NCBI GenBank assembly: GCA_043228905.1
Contig: JBHGNT010000006.1
Span: 14,260,001-14,324,000, forward strand
Reading direction: 5' to 3'
From: Azolla caroliniana
Taxonomy: Eukaryota > Plantae > Polypodiophyta
DNA: 64,000 nt
The position numbers were made by a program, and so were the translations under genes. Shown piece after piece: positions 58,057 through 64,000 of this stretch. A model generated the notes under the pieces. The model did not search any database. It had not been told where the DNA came from and saw only the letters and a program-made list of their open reading frames with translations. Each line of letters opens with the position of its first letter. Positions within the stretch are counted from its first letter, which is position 1.

Positions 58057-59301
58057 CTTTAACCTTGAACCCCTTGGGAGGGGGGTGGTGCCATTCTAGG
58101 CACCACCCCCCACCCCGCAATGCTTCTCTATATGATCTCTCTCCCCATCATACTCTCCATCACCATGTCTATCTTCATTACCAATCATCATAGTTATCAT
58201 TCATCATCATCGTCGTGCTTAACCCTAACCCTAAAACCAATAACACCTTTTGGCGACCACTAAGGCGACCCCTCTTTGGAGACGAAGTCGAAGAATGATA
58301 TGCGGATGTGCAAGCCATAGCGACTAAGTGCAAGAAATGGCGAAACGTGAAAATGACGGTGAATATGTTGGCGGAAGTCTATGGAGGAATGCAGAAATGG
58401 AAACAACGTTTTGTGCGAGTCAATGTGTCAATGTGCGTGGTTCCGAAAGCGGTTAGCGACAATGTGTGTGTTTCAAATGCGTGGTGCAAGATGCATGGTT
58501 GGACAAACAACAACATAGAGGCAACCGGCGCCAGCACGACTGGAAACAGAAGCCCACCCGGAGACTGCAGTGGAAGACGTAGTGTGTGGAGCGGAGGCCG
58601 GAAAAATGTGTTGAGAATGCACAAGAGATGGTTGCAAACGAAGCAACACACAGAGAGTCGGAACCGGAATCGGAACCAGACCCAAAGTTGGTTAACATAG
58701 AAGGGCCAACGTAGACAGAGAAGGAGACGTTGTCGTTGACGAGACATTGACGGCCAGAAAAACTGACAACGCCCAAAAGACATGTGTGAAAGTGTTTTTA
58801 GAAGCTAATCCATTGAACATTAGAAGAATATAAAGTATGGATAATTCACATTTGGAGGCTAAGAACACGAACCAAGACCTTAGGAAGAAGTCAAAAGTAA
58901 AAGTACGAGACCAAGAGAAAAGTAAAAAGAGAAAAAGCGGACCATAAAAAAAGTAAAAAAGGAATGGTCATAACTCCTTCTAGTGTGGCCCAAATATTAT
59001 GTTTAAATATGGGTTAGAAAGCTTGTAAAGAGATCTATCTATAGATTTTTAAATCACTAAATTTGGAGCTATGATGAGGGAGATATGATGATTAGAAGGT
59101 CGCTGGGTCTTAGCTAAAAATAGGAGATAAAAAGCTTCTAAAAATAGCGTGAACGAGGAAGAAGAAGAAAATTATAAAAGAAATGGAAGGACTAATAAAA
59201 AAAGGGACGAATAGGGAGAAGATCCTAAGAGTGGATGAGGAGTCCTAAGTGTGGAGGAGTCTTAGGAAGAGTGGATGAGGATCCTAAGAGTGGAGGAGGA
59301 G
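57829..59301 (+). mobile_element. 5' LTR (57829-58245), PBS and long leader of a gypsy-type element
   Basis: TGTTA...TAACA; PBS TGGCGACCAC at 58251; (CT)n and AACCCTAACCCTAAA in the LTR; no coding domain reached before the next insertion. Confidence 0.7.
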
Positions 59302-59961
59302 TGTTGGCCGGTCAGAAGAGCAAGGACAAGTGGGAAGGCGGAATCGGATCGAATAATAGGAAGTAAATAATAGTAGAATTATTATTCGGAGGGACGGATT
59401 CGGTACAGTTGTACCGATCCGGATCCAGACCGATTCGGATGTCGGTTGCCTAAGCGCACCGATTGTAACCTTGCCGGATGCCTATAAAAGGATCCGATGA
59501 TTTGTAAAGGGTTGGGACGGAAGTAATACAATAGTAATTATTGCGTGTTTATCTGTATCTCGTATTGTTTACCGTCTGTGCTTAATTGTAATCATCTTAC
59601 GCGTGTAACCTAGCATCCAACCCTTACCACCCCTTTGGAGAAGTGTCGGATAGACACCTGTGTTGAGGCTAGTCCGGCCAGACAGACAACACTATTTTGG
59701 CGACCGCGATTCCTACAAAGTGCAGAGGACAACCGGGGGTTGGATGTCTAGACCAAACGACGACCACATCACCGAACGAGGGAGACGATACACCGAACGC
59801 GAGCAACGACGGGAAGCCCTGCAGCAAGCCGTCGATGAGATCCGGCGGGATCAGTCATTCTCCAAAACTCTTCGGAGAGTCGCAGAAGAAGCACTGCAGT
59901 TCCGGGTTCTGCAAATCCCCGACGAAGGCAGTAGCATAACAAGCCTGCAAGAGGCGGAAAC
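59302..59961 (+). mobile_element. Second copy of the Athila-like gypsy: 5' LTR 59302-59691, PBS, start of gag
   Basis: Near-identical to the reverse complement of ~7007-7666; interrupted by copia at 59962. Confidence 0.92.
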
Positions 59962-62900
59962 TGTTGGGAATCGACGCTTCGATTCACCTTCACCACTCGG
60001 CCACAACCGAGTAATCGCGGATCAATGCAGCAGAAAATAGGAACCAAAAGAGAGAACCACACGAATACACAAGGATTAACGTGGAAAACCCTAGATGGGA
60101 AAAACCACGGGAGTACAAGACTCCAAACCAACACTATACAAAGAGAAGTATACAATGGCGAGCTGCAAGGCGACGACCTTGAGCTCGCTGTCCTCGCCAC
60201 AGGCGGCGGAAATACACAGAGGCGTCGACCTCTTCCTCTCTCTCTCGCGCGATCTATCTCTCTCTCACGGCTGCTCTCTCTCTTCACTCCTCTAGAGTGG
60301 AAAAACAGAAAAATGAATAGCAACAACAAAATTGTTTGCCCTAAGTCATATTTATACACATATGACTTTAGGGCTATTTACAACTATAGCCTCAAGGGCC
60401 CTTGGCAAACATATTCGCAGATATGTCCCCGCATCCGGATCTCTCTCCGGGTACATTCGTCATCCGGTTCCGAAACCGGGGTCTTCATCATCCGGTTCCG
60501 AAACCGAAACCGGGCTTGTCGGCATTCATCTTCGGACATCCGACCATCCCATCCGAAAGGGACCATAATCCCAACAAACTCCCCCTTCACTTCCGTATGG
60601 GATGTCTCTCCAATCCTATCCTCTTCCGGCATGCTTCCAGCTTGTCGGGTGTAAGCACCTTGGTCAGCATATCCGACCCGTTCTCGTCCGTGTGGATCTT
60701 CGTCAGCACGAACTCCTTGTCTTCTATCCTTTCCCGGATCCAGTGATATCTTCGCTGGATGTGCTTCGTCCGGGAGTGATAGGCCGCGTTCTTCGCAAGG
60801 TGGATTGCGCTCTGACTGTCGCAGTAGAGTCGGTACTCCTCCTGTCGGATACCGAGCTCTCTAATGAAGTCCTTCATCCATATCATTTCCTTGCCGTCTT
60901 CAACAGCCGCCATGTACTCCGCCTCCGTGGTTGACAACGCAACCGTCTTCTGCAGCCTCGACTGCCATGAAACAGCTCCCCCTGCATACGTCATCACATA
61001 CCCTGATGTGGACCGGCTGGTATCTGCATCAGCCGACATATCCGAATCGGTGAAGCCGTCGAGTTCGGGCTTACCGGAGCCGAATCGGAGGCACACGTTT
61101 GCCGTGCCCTTCAGGTATCGGAGTATCCACTTGGCCGCGTTCCAATGCTCTTTGCCGGGATTGCTCATGTACCGGCTCACCACTCCGACTGCATATCCGA
61201 TGTCCGGTCTCGTACACACCATGGCGTACATCAAGCTCCCGACAGCCGAGGCATATGGCACTTTCATCATATCCTCCTTTTCAGCCTTTGTCTTGGGACT
61301 TTGCTTGTTGGACAGCTTGCAGTTTGCCGGGAGGGTCGATCCGACCGGTCTTGCTTCCGACATGTTGAACCGGTGAAGCACCTTCGTCACGTACTTCTCC
61401 TGTGACAGCCACAACAGCTTCTTCTTCCGGTCCCGGATGATGTGCATCCCTAGTATTTGTCTCGCCGAACCCAGGTCCTTCATTGAGAAGGTTCGGTGAA
61501 GAGCCTTCTTCAGCATCCGTATCTTGACCTGGTCCCGTCCGACGATCAACATGTCGTCCACGTACAGGAGGAGTATTAGAAAGTCTCCTCCTTCGAACTT
61601 CTTCACAAACACGCAGTGGTCGGACTGCGTTTTGAGATACCCTTCGTCGGTCATGAAGGAGTCGAACTTCCGGTACCATTGCCGGGGAGCCTGCTTCAGT
61701 CCGTAAAGGCTCTTCTTCAATCGGCATACCAGGTGCTCCTTCCCTTTCTTCTCGAATCCTTCCGGTTGCTGCATGTAGATCTCTTCATCGAGGTCACCGT
61801 GAAGGAATGCCGTCTTCACGTCCATCTGTTCTACCTCGAGGTCCATGCTTGCCGCTATGCTCAGCACCGTCCGGATGGAGGTCATCTTCACTACCGGGGT
61901 AAATATCTCGTCGAAGTCGACGCCCTTCTTCTGCTGAAACCCCTTCACCACGATCCTGGCTTTGTATCTCGAGGGGTTTCCGGCATCTCCCGGTTTCAGC
62001 TTGAACACCCACTTGTTACGGAGTGCCCGTTTTCCTTTCGGCAGCTCCACAAGTTCATATGTGTGGTTCTCATGCAGGGAATCCATCTCGTCCTGCATGG
62101 CACTCAACCACCTGCGGCTCTGGGTGTCATGCTTTGCCTCTTCAAAGCTCTCCGGCTCCCCCTCGTCGGTTAGCAACAGGTGCTCTGGTTCCGGAAATCT
62201 CCGGGGGGGCCTTCTCTCTCTTAGAGGATATCTCCGTTCCGGAGCTTCGGTAATCGGTTCTTCCGATTCTTCTTCATCCGAATCCATTTCGGGATCGGGG
62301 CCGGTTCCGGTATCATTTTCATCTTCTTCGGCCGGTTCCGTTTCTTCACCGTCTTCGGCCGGATCCTCAAGTGCTAACCGGTCCCTTGCCGGTCGGGACT
62401 GCTCCTCGTAGAGTTGATCCTCACCGGTCGACTTGGAGCTCTTCATCTTCTTCTCCGACTCCCAGTCGGCCAGTGTCTTGTTCTCCATGAAGATGATGTC
62501 TCGACTCCTGAATATCTTCTTGTCGACTGGGTCCCATACTCGGTAGCCGAACTCGTCGTCGCCGTAACCGAGGAATATGCATGGCCGGGTCTTTGGATCT
62601 AGCTTTCCTCTCCGGTCCTTTGCCACATGCATGTATGCGAGACACCCGAACACCTTTAGATGCCGGTAGGATACTTCCCTACCGGTCCACACTCTCTGCG
62701 GCGTGTCTCCGTCCAAAGGTACTGAGGGTGATCGGTTTATCACATATGTCGCCGTCGACATTGCCTCAGCCCAAAACCCCTTGGGTAATTTCGCATGCGC
62801 CAGCATACTCCGGACCCTCTCCATTATGGTCCGGTTCATCCTCTCGGCCAGCCCGTTCAGTTCCGGCGTCTTCGGCACAGTAAACTCGAGCCGGATTCCC

Positions 62901-64000
62901 TTCGAGCGACAGTACTCCTGGAACTGTCCCCGGTATTCCCCTCCGTTATCCGCTCGTATCGCTTTCAGCTTCTTGCCGGATTCTCTTTCCACTCTCGCGT
63001 GGAGTTCTTTGAAGACGGACAACACTTGGTCCTTTGTCTTCATCGGTGCCGTCCACAGTCTTCGGCTATGATCATCTATGAATGTTACGAAGTACTGGGC
63101 TCCGCCATGTGACTTCGTTTCTACCTGACACACATCGGTGTGCACCAACTCCAATGGTGCTCTACGTCTCGTCGGTGGCCTTGAGTGGAAGGAGGTTCGG
63201 TTCTGCTTACCGGCCAGGCAATCGGTGCACTTCTCCAGGTGCACATGCTTCACTGGAATAAGGTTGTCTTCTGCAAGCCTCTTCATCCCCTTCTCACTCA
63301 TGTGACACAGTCTTTTGTGCCACAGCTCACCGGCAGTGTCGGCTGCCACATTCAGCTCTTCCGGACATAACCGGGCATTCATCAGGTACAGTGTGTTGTC
63401 TTTCCGGGCCCGAGCCACTATCAGGCTCCCCTTGCTGAACTTCATCACGCCGTTCCGGATGCTACCTGTGTAGCCTTCATCGTCTAGCCTCCCGGCCAAA
63501 ATCAGGTTCAATCGAACCTCCGGAACGTGTCGGACATCCTTCAGCAGCATTTTGCATCCGGTCGGGGTTGTCAACCACACGTCTCCTATGCCGGCAATCC
63601 GGCACGTACCTTCATTTCCCATCCGAACACAGCCATGCTCACCGGCTGTGTAGGATGAGAAGTATCTTCTCTCCGGGGTCAGGTGGAACGATGCTCCGGA
63701 ATCGACCACCCAGGTCGTCTCATCGCCGGCAATGTTTAGTTCACCTTCTTCGGTGATGACCATGATTTCTTCCTCACTTGCCGCGAGTGCCGTCGTTCCT
63801 TTCCTGTCCTGCCCTCGCCGATCCGAACCTCTCCGGTCCGTGGCTCCCCGGTATGCACCGTTTCTCTCCGGTGACTTCTTCGAATCGGTGTCGTCGGCTC
63901 CGTTGTCTTTTCGGTAATGCCGACAATTCTTTCGGAAGTGCCCCGGCTTCCCACAGTGGAAGCATGTGCGCCTTCCTCTTGACTGCGACCGGGTCCCCGA
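59962..64000 (-). mobile_element. Tnt1/Tork-like copia, copy 3 (5' end outside window)
   Basis: 3' LTR 59962-60576 (TGTTGGGA...TCCCAACA), PPT, open polyprotein. Confidence 0.94.
60587..64000 (-). CDS. Copia Gag-Pol polyprotein, partial
   Basis: Same motifs as copies 1 and 2; knuckle region at the window edge. Confidence 0.93.
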   Translation of the reverse strand, partial: SGTRSQSRGRRTCFHCGKPGHFRKNCRHYRKDNGADDTDSKKSPERNGAYRGATDRRGSDRRGQDRKGTTALAASEEEIMVITEEGELNIAGDETTWVVDSGASFHLTPERRYFSSYTAGEHGCVRMGNEGTCRIAGIGDVWLTTPTGCKMLLKDVRHVPEVRLNLILAGRLDDEGYTGSIRNGVMKFSKGSLIVARARKDNTLYLMNARLCPEELNVAADTAGELWHKRLCHMSEKGMKRLAEDNLIPVKHVHLEKCTDCLAGKQNRTSFHSRPPTRRRAPLELVHTDVCQVETKSHGGAQYFVTFIDDHSRRLWTAPMKTKDQVLSVFKELHARVERESGKKLKAIRADNGGEYRGQFQEYCRSKGIRLEFTVPKTPELNGLAERMNRTIMERVRSMLAHAKLPKGFWAEAMSTATYVINRSPSVPLDGDTPQRVWTGREVSYRHLKVFGCLAYMHVAKDRRGKLDPKTRPCIFLGYGDDEFGYRVWDPVDKKIFRSRDIIFMENKTLADWESEKKMKSSKSTGEDQLYEEQSRPARDRLALEDPAEDGEETEPAEEDENDTGTGPDPEMDSDEEESEEPITEAPERRYPLRERRPPRRFPEPEHLLLTDEGEPESFEEAKHDTQSRRWLSAMQDEMDSLHENHTYELVELPKGKRALRNKWVFKLKPGDAGNPSRYKARIVVKGFQQKKGVDFDEIFTPVVKMTSIRTVLSIAASMDLEVEQMDVKTAFLHGDLDEEIYMQQPEGFEKKGKEHLVCRLKKSLYGLKQAPRQWYRKFDSFMTDEGYLKTQSDHCVFVKKFEGGDFLILLLYVDDMLIVGRDQVKIRMLKKALHRTFSMKDLGSARQILGMHIIRDRKKKLLWLSQEKYVTKVLHRFNMSEARPVGSTLPANCKLSNKQSPKTKAEKEDMMKVPYASAVGSLMYAMVCTRPDIGYAVGVVSRYMSNPGKEHWNAAKWILRYLKGTANVCLRFGSGKPELDGFTDSDMSADADTSRSTSGYVMTYAGGAVSWQSRLQKTVALSTTEAEYMAAVEDGKEMIWMKDFIRELGIRQEEYRLYCDSQSAIHLAKNAAYHSRTKHIQRRYHWIRERIEDKEFVLTKIHTDENGSDMLTKVLTPDKLEACRKRIGLERHPIRK

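Noticed and set aside
58220-58235. Telomere-like AACCCTAACCCTAAA as a break scar
   Set aside because: Short telo-box-like motif inside an otherwise normal LTR with no junction

Overview
The window is an essentially gene-free pile of nested LTR retrotransposons from a eukaryote. It is most likely a non-seed land plant (plant-type tRNA primer sites, TTTAGGG repeats, Tcn1/sushi-type chromoviruses alongside Tnt1/Tork-like copia); this assignment is inference. About 17 elements or fragments were resolved from TG...CA termini, target-site duplications (TSDs), PBS and PPT. Young, near-intact insertions are a self-priming chromovirus (21416-27110), a tRNA-Trp-primed gypsy (27267-34557) and three Tnt1/Tork-like copia copies (35218-40684, 50611-56093, 59962->64000). 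They sit inside older decayed copia and gypsy elements. No host gene, rRNA, functional tRNA or CRISPR was found. The most unusual signals are: (i) tRNA-like Pol III A/B-box cassettes at the same antisense position at the start of U3 in three different gypsy LTR families; (ii) tRNA-independent self-priming and two separate -1 frameshift signals, one placed between protease and RT; (iii) extra non-gag/pol ORFs 3' of pol; (iv) a 7-unit hairpin array in a solo LTR; (v) a fold-back inversion with telomere repeats at the break; (vi) strong CCGG enrichment in young elements.
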